Shown: positions 39,410 to 56,160, numbered from the stretch's first letter. The stretch: 64,000 nt of DNA from Octopus vulgaris (GCA_951406725.2 OX597815.1:53444001-53508000); one strand, 5' to 3'. The notes: generated by a model not told the origin, from the letters alone. Program-made: numbers and translations.

Positions 39410-40083
39410 GGCTAAATCATTTGAAGTAGCGTCCCAGCATAGTCTCAGTCCAGTAATTGAAAGAAGTAAAAAAAATAATACATAAAAAAAACATCACTAC
39501 TATCCCCCTACATTTGATATAACCCAACATCACACACATATGTATCCCACCTCAAACGTCGCAACAGTGCCTGTCATACTACATATCTCACAAACGTCTC
39601 ACGCTGCTGTGTATCAAACATCCACAACACCATATCGCTACTGTACATCACACACTGTACAACATCACCGAGTCAACGAGAGAACCTCTATGTGGTCTCG
39701 CACGTAGCTAGGTAGAAATAGCAGCTAAATTCTCAAATTACCTGTCGTGTTACGAAAATACATGTTGGGTAATATGATTCGAGATTTGCTGCACATATCA
39801 AAGAAACGTGGTGGTCTCAGCTGCAATGTTTTTCTTTATAGCATTATAGATCTGTTCCATTTGGGCTAATTTGGGACTTTATAAAAACTACAACTACATT
39901 ATATTCTATCACATCGCTCTTAAAAGCACACTAAACACGAACACATGAGATGAAATTTTACATCTTATGAGATGGAATACACACACACACACTCATACAC
40001 ACACTCACACACACACACACACACATACACACAAACTCACACACAGACACACACACTCACACATATACACAAACTCACGCACA

Positions 40084-40122
<39 letters not shown>

Positions 40123-41319
40123 ATACATACAACACAAACTACACCAGCCACAACGCACTGCACTTCAACCACAACGCACAGCAGACAATACTCCATTGCT
40201 CAAACATAATATTGTATGCATCTCATACAACTCACTATCCGCCATGCATCACATTTTTACATACACAAATTCATAAGCTATCCCATATGCAGCACACGAT
40301 ATTTAACAAACTATAGACCATACGACTATATAACACATTCCATACATTACAAACTACAGGCTGTACAACTAGATCTTCGCGCTCGATGGACCTGCCTGAA
40401 ATAGCAGCCAAATTTCTTGATAAATGTAAATTACTGTCTTATAAAAGAGAAGGACGCTTGCGATGACATCGATGTCCCCTGTTTTGTCCTTTATGTAATA
40501 TCAGTAGAGAAAAGATCACTTGTTGCGTGGTCAATTCATGGTCTCTCATAAACCTTGACCAGTCATGTACTCTTGAGATCGGCTTTACAAGTGCATATGC
40601 ACGGTCATTCTGAACCGTTAAGGGCCTTCATATCTAAGAAAAAAATAGTTTGAATGGTCATAGTCGGAATAACTTTGATTACCGTTCTGTTCTATTGGGT
40701 TTAACTGACGACAATAATATAAATAAACATGTACAACATCGGACTTAAAAACCTTAGAGCCACACAACACGAGACATGTCATAGATCACAGCACAACCCA
40801 ACATATGGAACACATCACATTGCATCGCACTTAATATACACGGTATCTGCATTACATACATCACATACAACACATCATACACTACACAGGCAACATGAAA
40901 CAAATACAACCCACTACATTGCATTCTATATACTCACACACACATATACATACACACATACACACATCATACAATACATAAAAAATATCACACAGCATAC
41001 TCCTTTTTTATCCTCCATTCCGTGAAACAACACGTAATACAAGAACGCTAGCCTTAATGCATATATCATAGATCCCCTCGCACCACGCACCACACTACAC
41101 CCAACGATCAAAATAGCAAAACCACACAGGAATTATCAATGCCACACACCACACACTAACGTATACTCGTTATATTCAACACTATATACATTACACACCA
41201 TACAATGCAACACTTCACACACCACACCAAACTTAACCCTACAAATATACCACGTTGCGGTACACCAGCAATAGAGAGTTAAACTAAAGAAAGGTTTCAC
41301 AATCCATATGGGCCCCAAA

Positions 41320-41452
41320 ATTGGTTTCAAATATTGGCACAAACCTAGCAATTTCGACAGGGTAATAGGTTGATTACATTGACCCCAGTGCTTCACTGGT
41401 ACTAATTTTATCGAACCCGAAAGGATGAAAGGCAAAGTCGACCTCAGCGGAA
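41320..41452 (-). mobile_element. SINE family B fragment
   Basis: CCCGAAAGGATGAAAGGCAAAGTCGACCTCAGCGGAA. Confidence 0.7.
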
Positions 41453-42503
41453 GTGGATTAACGAGGGTGAACTTATGACATAGGGGTTAGCAGCGAACCA
41501 ATGAGGGTTTTGAAGCAACACAAAATATATTACCTCTGATATGTTATAAAAAATGCTTTTCCATAAGATCATCTTTAAACTCATCCATAAGTATTAATTA
41601 TAAATATTAAAAATACGTGTACATAATTGACACTCCACTAATAGTGTGATTGGAGATTTTAAAATTTAGACACGCAAGTAATTAGGTTCTCGCCAAATTC
41701 AAACCTGGCCCTAAACACCACAGGTAGACACTACATCATATTATACAACAGACTACAAACATTTTACACCACACATCAAACAATCCGCGAACCAAAATAC
41801 CCTCCACCACTGATCGCATACCTTAGCACAACACAGCAGAACCAAACACGCATACACACCATAGATCACATGCCGCACACACGTCACAGATCACAGACTA
41901 CACCCACACCTACAACGTACACAATCACTCAAACACAACACTTATGTGACTTTAAAGGAATATATAAACCGGTCCATCGACTCACCTGCGTCCACGTACC
42001 CGACAATGTTGTATCGATTAAGCATAACTCCGGACAAACCTTCTCCTCTCTATTACATAGGTATTCTCTCTCCTTCTCCACCGTTCCTTCCTCTTCCTCG
42101 TCCTCTTTCTCTTCCTCCGCCCACTCTTCCTATCACTTTTCTCCTATTTATTGGTCTGCTACACTATTTCCATCTTACACTGCTGCCGCTTGGTTTTCTG
42201 TTTCTTTCATTTTTCCTTTTTTGCCCTTAGAACAATCGTCCGAACCAATGTAAATCTCCTACCTGTGTGACACGCGTTCTCTAACAGATAGCACGGTGCA
42301 GTGATATAAGTAAACTAATTATATATATGAATCCCATCGAACTCATATGTATTGATCAATCGCCAAGGCTTATTTATCATCCTCTACACAGCTCCAGGGA
42401 AATTTGCCATTACACATTCATATTTACTTAGAAAATGCACGCGCGCAAGCACACACACACACACACACATATATATACACACACGTATGTATATATTTGC
42501 ATA

Positions 42504-42900
42504 GGCGCATGAGTGGCTGTGTGTTTAGTAGCTTGCTTACCAATCACACGGTTCCAGGTTCAGTCTTACTGCGTGGCAACTTGGGCAAGTGTCTTCTACT
42601 ATAACATCGGGCCGACAAAAGCCTTGTGAGTAGATTTGATAGACAGAAACTGAAAGAAGCTCGTCGTATATATGTATATGTATATATGTGTGTATGTGTG
42701 TTTGTGTGTCTGTGTTTGTCCCCCAACATCGCTTGACAACCGATGCTGGTGTGTTTACTTCCCCATAACTTAGCGTTTCGGCAAAAGATACCGCTAGAAT
42801 AAGTACTAGATTTACATAGAATGAGTCCTGGGATCGATTTGCTCGACTAAATGCGGTGCTCCAGCAATGCCGCAGTCAAATGACTGAAACAAGTGAAAGA
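42504..42900 (+). mobile_element. Full-length tRNA-derived SINE family A (CORE-like CTTGGGCAAGT; internal microsatellite)
   Basis: GGCGCATGAGTGGCTGTG head, GGTTCAGTC B-box-like, CTTGGGCAAGTGTCTTCTACTATA, internal (TA/TG)n, and a tail ending TGACTGAAACAAGT. Confidence 0.85.
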
Positions 42901-42963
42901 AATTTAAAGAGAGTATATATATACATATATATACATACACACATATATATATATACATACACG

Positions 42964-43024
<61 letters not shown>

Positions 43025-43345
43025 ATATGTATGTATGTATGTATGTATTTGTAGGGGATATGGTGCTTTTATAATTATTTTATTCAGTTCGTCCGTGATA
43101 CGTGAAGCCGATTGTAGGACATACCACCATACATACTCCTAGTAACAGCAGCTAAAGCCGTCACAGCCCGAAATCACAGGCATAGACACATTGCACCACA
43201 CAAACATACGCACACATGCACAAACGTCCGAAACAATTTTTCTTCATTTTCATAACTTTTCCTCCGAAATTGTCTTTGATACGCTAAGACATATACATAT
43301 ATATGTAAGTATGCATGCATTTATATACGTATGTATATACAAGCA

Positions 43346-43401
<56 letters not shown>

Positions 43402-43628
43402 CATGCATATAACACTAACCCTAATCCTAAACACCGGGTTTACGCCCGTATATATATAATAATAATAATTTAAGGAAATATTATTCCAAACTTACAGGGA
43501 AAATTTCAATTTAGAAATACTAAATCAAATTTCACAAAATATAATATATATATAAAAAGTTGTTTTTTCTAATTTATATATATACGTGTGTGTGTGTGTA
43601 CATATTTATATATGTATATATGTATAAT

Positions 43629-43678
<50 letters not shown>

Positions 43679-43705
43679 GTATATATATTTATATATGTAT
43701 GTATG

Positions 43706-43753
<48 letters not shown>

Positions 43754-44289
43754 GTTCATAACCCGTGTGTGCGCCTGTTCTTCTGTCAAGCTGTCTCTTG
43801 CAACGTTTCTCAATCAGCGCGGGATTAATCGAGTAGCAACAGTACCATATACCAGGGGCTCCCCATCTCGAGGAGGAATTCGGCATTAAACGGTTTACAA
43901 TACTATGTAGCCTTCAACTAACATAAAGTACGGTATTGAAGGTTGAGGCAATTCGTGCAGCCCACAGAGTTATTGTCAGATTAAATACAACTTGAATTAA
44001 ATAACTTACACCAATCAAACTAAATACTAGAATGATTTTTGTTTTACTGCTAATTAAGAAACTTAACATTCTATTTCTATATCTCAATGTCTTAACCTTG
44101 TTATTCAATAAATAATTTTAGTTGAGGGAATCAACTTATTATGTACATTGTAATATTAACCATTCTCATTAAATCAAGTCGGGTGTTTTAAATATATAAG
44201 AAGCATTCTATTGTATACAATCTCTACATTAATCTTATAGCTTTAAATACAACTATATCCCATACGAAAGAAATTATCGATTAAAGTCA

Positions 44290-44393
<104 letters not shown>

Positions 44394-44397
44394 CATA

Positions 44398-44810
44398 GGC
44401 GTGGTTGTGTGATATGAAATTTGCTTCCCAACCACATGGTCCCAGGTTCAGTCCTACTTCGTGGCAACTTATACAAGTATCTTTTGCAATATCACAAGTC
44501 CACCAAAGCCTTCTGAATGGATTCGGTAGACAGAACCACACACACACACGCGCGCACACGCACACATATATATATGTATGTATGTATATACCCACATCTA
44601 CTCATACATACGTGTGTCTGTGTGTGTTCGAGTCTCTGTGTTTGTCCCACCAACATTGCTTGCTTGATAACCGGTGTTCGTTAGTTTTACGTCTCCCGTA
44701 AAGTAGCAGTTCAGCCAACGACACCGATAGAATAAGTATCCAAAATAAGAACTAGGGTCAATTTGTTTGAATAACATTTTTTCAAATCGATACTACAGAA
44801 AGACCGCGAC
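44398..44810 (+). mobile_element. Diverged SINE family A
   Basis: Similarity to 42504-42900 along its length. Confidence 0.72.
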
Positions 44811-44835
44811 AAGCAAATGATTATATATATATATA

Positions 44836-44931
<96 letters not shown>

Positions 44932-45024
44932 TTGTATACTGTATACAACCACTCTATCGCTCCACCACCGCTCATGTCTCTTTGAGACATTTAGAAATTT
45001 AATATTTCTAATATATATATACAT

Positions 45025-45093
<69 letters not shown>

Positions 45094-45339
45094 TGTGTGT
45101 GTGTATATATATATATATATTGCCGACGCCATATGAGTTCATAAACTTTCTAGACAACGTGAAATAATTTCCATTTTATTCTAGTGAACAGAATAAACAG
45201 AAAACTCTAAATAACAGGGTGTAATTGAATATAGAAACGTTTGCGAATTTGCATTATGATATGGCTGTGTATGAAGACAAACTATTTATCCTAAAATTCA
45301 TAGGTGCTGAAGTTGCAGTATTTATGAAGGAAGGAAGCG

Positions 45340-45730
45340 TTGAGCTAGCACAATCGACGTGATAGGCAAAATGCTTAGCGGTATTTCGTCTGCCGTTACG
45401 TTCTGAGTTCAAATTCCGCCGAGGTCGACTTTGCCTTTCATCCTTTCGGGGTTGATTAAATAAGTACTAGCTACGCACTGGGGTCGATATAATCGACTTA
45501 ATCTGCTTGTCTGTTCTTGTTTGTCCTCTCTGTATTTAGCTCCTTGTGGGTAGTAAAGAAATAGATATTTCGCCCGTCTTTACATTCTGAGTTCAAATTC
45601 CACCGACGTTAACTTTGCCTTTCATCCTTGTAAAGTCGATGAAATAGATATCAGTTGAACATTAGGGTCGATGTAATCGACTTGCACAACTCCCACAATT
45701 GTTGGCGCTGAGCCAAAATTTGAGACCGAT
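45340..45730 (+). mobile_element. SINE family B composite (two Nin-like domains)
   Basis: TTCTGAGTTCAAATTCC(G/A)CCGA..ACTTTGCCTTTCATCCTT occurs twice, mirroring 29910-30300. Confidence 0.8.
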
Positions 45731-46228
45731 ATTTATGAAGGAATGTCGTAATATTTAAGTTTTTGTATGTTTAGACTTGATGAAAACAGTATTATCATCA
45801 ATAAAATTGCCCGCCTCTTCAAATTCTTCACACTGTTTATCGTGACAAACATATCGGTATGCAGATAAATATTGAGGTTTAAGTAAAATAATAGATTGGT
45901 AGGCACCATTTGCATTTACTTGTATTTATTCCGATTACCCGATCCCAGTTATATGATCCATATTCAATGGTCCTTCAAATATGCAGTTGAATCCATGAAC
46001 AATCTTAATTCAATAAAATAGCTAGGTGTAAAATTTGGGGTTTTCTCTTTATGACATGTTACAGACCCAGCACTAACTTAATTCTCCCCTACTCTCATTC
46101 TTTCTGTTGCTCCTTTACTTTCTTTCAACCTTGTTCCTCCACATTTAATCTGTATGTTTGTCTGTCCGTCTTTACTTCCCTTTCACTCAGTCAACCATTC
46201 TGTACATGCGTGTATATGTATCTATATT

Positions 46229-46284
<56 letters not shown>

Positions 46285-46423
46285 TGTGTAAAAGCGTGTA
46301 TGCATATTATTCTAACATCTATATACAATCTCGCATCCTCTCTCACTCTGTCTCTCTCTTTCATTCTCTCTTTGTTTTTCTCTCTCTCCCTCTCTCTGTG
46401 TCTATCTATTTATCCATCTATCT

Positions 46424-46509
<86 letters not shown>

Positions 46510-47039
46510 CATGTTATATTCGTGTATGCGCGTATGCGCGTGAGTGCATACGTACACCCTGATAAATTCTCGCCATTTTAGATCTAACTCGTTTGTTCTA
46601 AATTTGCTCGATCTTCTAGAAATAGTAGCCAAGTATCTCACATATCTTACTCAACTATCTGAAATATTACAGGCACATAATTTATGCAATGACTCTCCAA
46701 AGATACTACAAAATACAGATACATTGATTTACAAAAATACGAGATAGTCACGCATGAAATATCTTTGATCGTAAATCTATTCAGAAGTGATCTGAACAAC
46801 AACAGCAACAACAATAACAACATGAAAAAGACTTAATGAAGATAGGATTTATTATTTCTTTTGCGATATTTTTCTGCCCTTAGACTACAAAATAGAACCT
46901 ACAATTGGTGGTTCAAAATCCTGTAAATGGTAGCTAAAAGTCTTTCGAATCAGGACTAATGAACTTTAAAAAGCAAGCACACTTTGGACAGTTTAGATTT
47001 GGAGACGTTAGTCTTAAATAAAAAACAATATAAAACGGT

Positions 47040-47963
47040 GAGTTGACAAAACTGTTTGCACGTTGGACAAAATGCTTAGCAGCATTTCGCCTATCTTTAA
47101 GTTCTGAGTTCAAATGCCGGGGTCAGCTTTGCCTAAAACCTTTCAGCGTGGATAAAATAAGATACCAGGAAAGTACTGGAGACGATAACGAAATGGTCAT
47201 AACTGAAGCGGCTGTGGTCATGAGTCAGTCCAGCACAATAACATTTGCTAGAAGAGTCAACGAAAGCGAACTTAGTGTTCAGATTGTTAATTTAGGTAGT
47301 TAAGCCACATTCTCTTGCATTAAGCAAGGAAGGGATAGATAGATATAATAAGCCTGTAAATGTCTAAGACTGATGAGACTGACCTAAAGCAAAGCGAAAA
47401 AAAAAATAGTTAATTAAATTATTTCTGAACTAATAGTCAACAAATCGGTATCATTTTCTTTAAAGGATGAATTGGTCTTTTCATCCTTCCAGAGTAAATA
47501 AATACAAAATATATATTTCTGTAATCAATCTGATCGGTTATGGATATTTCTCCACAGACAAAATGTTCAGCGGTATATTTTCTTCGGCTCTTTACTTTCT
47601 CAGTTCAAATGCTGCTGTGGTCAACTTTGTCTTTCATCATCTTTTCGGGGTCGATAATATAAGTGCCAGTTGGGCCAAAATATGTTTTTTCTTTTTGGAG
47701 TTTCTACTATATATGGGTTTCGAATTTTGGCACACAGACAGTAATTTTGTGGGAGAGGGTAAGTCGATTACACCAAATCTGGTGCTCAACTGGTATTTAT
47801 GTAATCGAACCCTAAAGGATAAAAGACAAAGTTGATCCAGGCGGAATTTGAACACAGAACGTTAAGTCGGAAGAAATGCCGGTAAGCATTTTTTTCGGGT
47901 GCGCTAACGATTCTGCCAGTTCGATGCCTTAATTTCTACTATATATTGATTTCTGATTACATG

Positions 47964-48058
<95 letters not shown>

Positions 48059-48920
48059 TAATACATACAAACGGACACACACACATATATATGTATATTC
48101 AATATACTCTTTCTTTTATTCTTCTATTTGTTTCAGTCATTTGATTGCGGCCATGCTGGAGCACCTTCTTTAGTCGAACAATTTGACCTCAGGGCTTATT
48201 CTAGTACTTATTTTATCGGTCTCTTTAGACGAACCGCGAAGTTACGAGGATGTAAACACAGCATCGGTTGTCAAGTGATGGTTAGGAGGTGACAAATACA
48301 GAAACACAAACATATAAACACATACATATATACATATATATACGACGGACTTCTTTCAGTTTCCATCTTCTGAGGCTTTGGTCATTCACAAAGTTTTGGC
48401 TGGCCCGAGGCTATAGTAGAAGACACTTGCCCAAGGTGCCACGCAGGGGGACTGAACCAGGAACCATATGCGCATACAAACAAATATATATTTATTCTTT
48501 AATCTCTTTAAGTCGTTTCAGTTATTGGACTGCGGCCATGTTAGGCACTGTTTGAAAAATGTAGTCGAAGAAATCAACTCTCCCCACCGTTCTTAACTTT
48601 TAACTATAGTACTTGTCTTTCGACTTGTCTTGCAAACTGCTAGGTTGCGGAGCGTCCTCAAACTAACATCGGTTGTCAAGCGCTGAATGGGTGGGAAGTA
48701 GGGAGCACCATCACGAAGACACGCACACACATATTCACACATATATACAACAGGTTTCCACACAGTTTCCCTCTACCAGTTTCACTCACAAGGCAATGAT
48801 CAACCCGTGGCTATAATAGAAGATACTTTCTCAAAGAACTGTACCAGAAAGTGGTACAGAACTGTACCAGGACAGTACCAGAAACCACATGACTGCAAGG
48901 CAAGCTTTTCAACCTCATGC
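47040..48920. mobile_element. Cluster of SINE family B (~47040-47170 +, ~47560-47670 +, ~47715-47930 -) and family A (~48110-48468 -, ~48490-48920 -) copies
   Basis: The family motifs described above recur, variably degenerate. Confidence 0.7.
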
Positions 48921-48921
48921 C

Positions 48922-48963
<42 letters not shown>

Positions 48964-49312
48964 TACGTGTGTGTAGATATATTATTCATCCGAATTTTGG
49001 TTTAGTAAAAGACAATTACGTTCCATCACCAGTTCAGTTTCATCCCTTAGTCCTATTGCCAACAAATTTATGACATTTTCTCTACAAGTTCTAGATGATG
49101 ATTACTGTTTGACATTTTTCTTTTGTTTATAAATTTCTAAAAGAAAAATGTTTTCAGATTCTTGTACCTTAGGCAAGCGTCTTTTGCTATAGCATCGGAC
49201 CGACCAAAATCTTGTGAGTGGATTTGGTAGACAGAAATTGAAAGAAGCCCGTCATATATATATTCTTATTATATATATATATATATATATATACATACAT
49301 GTATACATGGTA

Positions 49313-49860
<548 letters not shown>

Positions 49861-50434
49861 TAAAAAACTAAAAAAATAAAAGATACAAAGTATGTCTCAA
49901 TATCCAGAGTTGAAATACAAAAAAAAAAAAAGAAAACACCCAGAAATTCTAACCATTTTCTTTCTACAGACTTCAGTCAATTATTACGAGCTAATTTCAG
50001 GTAACAAGCGAACAGGTCCCCGTATTAGAAAATACACCAAAATCCCCGGAAAATAATAACCGGTCTTTAAAAAATTGAGAATATAGACTGTTTGCAAATG
50101 AGAAAATAACTAAAGAGAAATGTCCCAAATGGAAAGATTTGAACACAAGGTAACATGTTTGCAAAGTAATAAAATTTTTTCGGGGACTTGCCCTGCAAAT
50201 ATGTTGCTGTTTTAAGTCACAGATAAAGATTCCGACATTCTAAAGAGCTTAAGTATATGTTTTTTTTCCTTCTTTTCTTTTGCTAGAATTACAGTACAAA
50301 AGAATGTGTGAAATGATACCACCCAAAAATATAGTGTAGAACCGTAAATACGACGTTGCAATTCTATTGAAACCTTCAGCAATAAATTATAAATACAAAT
50401 GCAGACACACAGACACACACACACAGACACATAC

Positions 50435-50473
<39 letters not shown>

Positions 50474-50590
50474 ACACACACATACACTCATGACACACAC
50501 ATGCACATTCACACACACACATATATTGATATATATAACAAGATCTTTCTCTCTCTCTCTCATATACATATACATATATATATATATATG

Positions 50591-50686
<96 letters not shown>

Positions 50687-51294
50687 GTCTGCCTGTCTGT
50701 CTATCTGTCTGTCTATCTATCTGTCTATTTATACGTATACATGTGTGTGTAAAGTTAGGTGTGCTAAGCGCCAATACACGAAATTCTCGTTTGTGTGTTG
50801 TGGGGCGGTCTGTGTGTGCGTGTGTGTGTGCATGTGTGTGTGTGTATGTGTGTATGTGTGTGTGTGTGTGCGTGTGTGTGTGTGTGTGCGCGCGTTTGAT
50901 TTAGAAATGAATCTTTAGTATTATTACTATTATGAATTGTCTACAGAAAGCAGCGAATGGAAGTATCGGTATAGGGCCAATTACAAGTATGTTGCAGGTT
51001 TAAGCTACGTATTTTTGTTTCTGGTTCAAAACACATCGTAGCCAAATTTATTTTTCATTCTTTATGTGATCAATTTAATTGCACAAATCCTATCCAAATA
51101 TTTGTAGCAATGCACCATATCATTTTCGTCTTAATTGACACAACTATTAAAACTATTTACATTACTGGATCTTATTTCATGTAAACACATACTAAAAAAC
51201 GAGTCCTTTCATACACTGTAATTCCGTCGGAGTGCGAGTGTAAGTGATATTTCCTGCAACAAAAGATATTCAAATGTATGCAAATAACAAATCA

Positions 51295-51325
<31 letters not shown>

Positions 51326-51456
51326 GTATGCAATATGTACCAGTTCAAACAGATTGTTTGATAATGACACACACACACATACGTACGAACATACATACAT
51401 GCATGAATACATACATGCATGAATACATACATACATTCATACCAGATATATCTATC

Positions 51457-51611
51457 TGGTAAAAAGTTTGTTTCCCAACCACGTTTCCAGGGTGAGTCCC
51501 ACTGCATGGCACCTTAGGCAAGTATCTTCTGCTAGAGCCTCGGGCGAACTAAAGCCTTGAGAACGGATTTTGCAGACGGCAGCTGACAGAAGCCCGCCAT
51601 CTTCACACACA

Positions 51612-51649
<38 letters not shown>

Positions 51650-51687
51650 CATATATACACAGACACACACATATGTGCGTGCGGGAA

Positions 51688-51741
<54 letters not shown>

Positions 51742-51960
51742 CGTGCGTGTTTGTGTGTGTGTGTTACTGTTTGTTCCCGACTGCCGTTTGAGAACCTGTG
51801 CTAGTGTATTTACATAACCGTATTCTAGCGGTTCGACAAAAGACATAGACAGAGAAAAAGGCTTAAACAAACAAAAAAGGACTGAGGTCGATTCATTTGA
51901 CTAAAATAATTCAAGGCGGTACTCCAGCTCGGCCGCAGTTACATGAATGAAACAAGTAAA
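51457..51960 (+). mobile_element. SINE family A with expanded internal microsatellite
   Basis: Family A head and tail motifs. Confidence 0.75.
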
Positions 51961-52051
51961 AAAAATGAAGATATATATACACACACAAGCATGCACACAT
52001 GCACGCACACACAAACAAGCATGCACACATGCACACACACACATATATATA

Positions 52052-52091
<40 letters not shown>

Positions 52092-52415
52092 CATACATAT
52101 ACACGCACACACACATATATATACATATATATGCACACCCATTACTGCTTAAGTACAAAAAGTTCTCCTTATAAAAATATATTGTACAACAATTACTTGT
52201 TTGGGTAAGTGTGTATTTGAATGTGTTCAGTTAAATATATCTATTTTGTAATATAGGAAATCTCGTATCTGCTCGTTTAAATGGTATAGTTAAGTTGTAT
52301 ATTATTATTGAATTGTAACGCCACATACAGTGATAAGAAATTGAAAATAAAAACAGTTTTGAGCATGGAAATGACTAAAATATATTATATACATATATAC
52401 ATGTATATATGTATA

Positions 52416-52472
<57 letters not shown>

Positions 52473-52590
52473 ATGTATATATATATATATGTGTGTGTGT
52501 ATGCATACAAATATTTACAATATAGTACAATATATACATGTACTATACATATATGTAAAGATATAAATACAAAAGTATATATATACATAT

Positions 52591-52645
<55 letters not shown>

Positions 52646-52665
52646 TATTACATATATATGCAAGT

Positions 52666-52727
<62 letters not shown>

Positions 52728-53221
52728 TGTGTATGTGTGCATGTTTATATTATATTTGTCCATTCACATACAAACATTGAAGATCATAAAAATTATTAGT
52801 CAAATTTAACGGACTTATAAAAGTAGATCCTACCCTGTAATTATGCAGCAAAAATCAAGGTACATTTCCAAAATTTTTAACATACTAACAATCTTGAATA
52901 TACTGATATATATATGTGAATTTTGAAATATAAGCCACATAGAAAAGGCGCTTAATATTTTAATTTAATGTAAACTTTCCGGAGCTCACTATGAAATTAT
53001 TTATAAACGATATATCTGATAATTTTCAAAAGATACTTAAAGATATTTTTGTTTAACACAATACAAAGTTGTCTTTTTGAAAATATCCAACACACTCTAC
53101 AGTGAAGCATGTCGAAATACATACATGCATACATACATACATACATGCATATATACATACATACATACATACATACATACATACATACATACATACATAC
53201 ATACATACATACATAAATACT

Positions 53222-53282
<61 letters not shown>

Positions 53283-53441
53283 AAATAGATAGATACATAT
53301 TCATATGTATAACATGGTTTGCACACTTTAAAATTTACGATTTGAAATAATTCGTCATATGTGTGTGAACATGCATTCATACATATATACATATATACAT
53401 ACATACACACACACACATACAAACAGACACACACAAACACA

Positions 53442-53528
<87 letters not shown>

Positions 53529-53885
53529 GTAATGTGTAGTGTTTAAGATCTAAGTTAAACATTACAAACTACAATTTAAAGATTTAGCATATCTTACTGT
53601 ATATAAAATATAACTCCTTAGCATTAAACATACTAAGAACTGATATTTATGCGAAAAAATTACACACACTCACAAACATACACATACATATATAAATTGG
53701 TGGCGGAACAGTTTTTCCATAATGCATATTATCCTGAGGTATTTAAATACTATTATCATATAAAAATTTCATACTCCAAATTAAAAATTTATATATTTTT
53801 CAAGATATTACAAAATATATTTTAAATAATTATTAATACTTCTCCATGAATCATATGTGAATGCGTGTGTGTTTGTGCGTGCGTG

Positions 53886-53923
<38 letters not shown>

Positions 53924-53983
53924 GCTATATATATACACACACACACACATATATATATATAGCGAGATATATATGTATATAAG

Positions 53984-54061
<78 letters not shown>

Positions 54062-54136
54062 TGTATGTATCTATCTATCTATCTATCTATCTATATCTAT
54101 ATATATATATATATTACTTAAGTATTGCTTAGTATG

Positions 54137-54182
<46 letters not shown>

Positions 54183-54199
54183 TGAAAGAGATACATATT

Positions 54200-54239
<40 letters not shown>

Positions 54240-54407
54240 TGATGCAGTTATAAGAAGTATATAATATTGTTTCAAATATAATCTTTATTTGGTGAACAGA
54301 AACCGAGTTAGGTGTATTCATTACATATATATAAATAAATAAATATATATATGTGTGTGTGTGTGTGTTTGTATGTATGTATGTATGCATGTACGTGTGT
54401 ATAGACG

Positions 54408-55023
54408 CAGCCGTGTCTGTGTAATAAGAAGCTTGCTTCCCAACCACATAGTTCCGGGTTCAGTCCCACTGCATGGCACCTTGGGCACGTGACTTCGGAC
54501 CGATCAAAGCTTTGTGAGTGGATTTGGTAGATGGTGTGCCAACCACCCACCATCGCTTGAAACCGATGTTGGTGTGTTTGCAGCTCCGTAAGTTAGCAGC
54601 TGGGCAAAAATGACTGATAGAATAGGTACTGATTTTTAAAATATAATTCCTTGCGTCGATTTGTCCGTCTAGATCACTTCAAGGCGCTGCACCTGCATGC
54701 TCGCAGTCAAATGACTGAAAAACTTGACAGGCGTGGCTGTGTGGTAAGCAGCTTGCTTCCCAACCACATGGTTCCGGGTTCAGTCCCATTGCGTGGCACC
54801 TTGGGCAACTGTCTCCTACTATGACATCGGGTCGATGAAAGCCATGTGAGTCGATTTCGTAGGCAGAAACTGAAAGAAGCCCGTCATATATATATTCCTT
54901 TATTATTTTATATGTTTTAGCCTTGAGATTGCGGACATGCTGGGGTACCATATATAAATTTGCGCGCGCGCGTATACGTGTGTGTGTGTGTGTGTGTGTA
55001 CGTGTGTGTGTACGTATGTGTGT

Positions 55024-55070
<47 letters not shown>

Positions 55071-55280
55071 CGTGTGCGTGTGTGTGAATGTGTGTATTTG
55101 GGCTGAAACATATAAAAGAATACAACAATAAAAGAATATATATACGACGGGTTTCGTTCAGTTTCCATCTACCAAATCTACTCACAGGTCTTTGGTCGGC
55201 CCGAGGCTCTAGTAGAAGACACTTGCTCCAGGTGGCACGCAGTGGGACTGAACCCGGAATCATGTGGCCTGGAAGCAAAC
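54408..55280. mobile_element. Cluster of SINE family A copies (54408-54720 +, 54730-54885 +, 55145-55280 -)
   Basis: The motif GCTTGCTTCCCAACCACAT.GTTCCGGGTTCAGTCCCA..GGCACCTTGGGCA is repeated. Confidence 0.8.
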
Positions 55281-55325
<45 letters not shown>

Positions 55326-55819
55326 ATGTGTGTGTTTGTTTGTGTGTAAGTAACTCTATAATGATACGAAGTTGTGTCGCTACTTTCGGCACTATATGTT
55401 AAATGATGTGAATGATTCTGACATGTAAGTTTGTAGATTGTAGATAGTAATGACCAGTAGACGACTGGTAGAATATAACGGTCGGTAGAATGTAACGACC
55501 GGTAGAATGTACCAACCGCTAGAATAACTGAGAAAATGCTTAAAGATAGCTGGTAGCAAACCTAATTTTTTAATGCTTTCTGTTGTAATGCACTTTCTGT
55601 TAGCTCTCCTTTTTTGTCCTCGGCTGTCGCTAGAAAAAAACTGGAATCAACATTTATCTTCAACGAAAAATATACAGAAAGATTCAAAGCATTGTGGTTG
55701 TTTCTATGAAATGACCGCACATATGTGTCTATGTGCGGTCGTGTAAACATGCGTATCCATACATATATAATATGTATGTATTTATATGTAGATATATGAA
55801 TATATATACATACATATAG

Positions 55820-55864
<45 letters not shown>

Positions 55865-55900
55865 CCTATGTGTATGTGTTTGTGTGTGAGTGTATGTGCT

Positions 55901-55964
<64 letters not shown>

Positions 55965-56154
55965 GGTCCCGGGTTGATTCGGGGTTAACCACAGTAAATA
56001 AGGTACTCAATACATAGTAGAGTAAAATTAATTTATTATATAGAAGGAGTTTACAGGACTAGAACTGTTTCATTCAAGAGAAATCTTCAGGAAGCTTCCT
56101 GAAGATTTCTCTTGAATGAAACAGTTCTAGTCCTGTAGAAGCTCCTTCTATATA

Positions 56155-56160
<6 letters not shown>
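55965..56160 (-). mobile_element. Palindromic hammerhead cassette, same family as 5358-5754, zero spacer
   Basis: Inverted arms span 56031-56160, centred on AAG|CTT (56094/56095). An intact hammerhead on + at 56093-56143 is identical to 5688-5738. Flanked by (TA)n. Confidence 0.8.

Noticed and set aside
43790-43825. Reverse complement CTGATTGAGAAACG as a stem-II-less hammerhead
   Set aside because: The core has an extra base and no stem I or stem III pairing could be built.
54915-54950. Apparent small exon (ttttag..gtacc)
   Set aside because: It is the reverse complement of a SINE family A tail.
55452-55530. Short ~17-bp repeats (ACGACCGGTAGAATGTA-like) as a possible CRISPR array
   Set aside because: Directly tandem and degenerate, with no unique spacers and no cas genes, in a eukaryotic context. 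It is a minisatellite.
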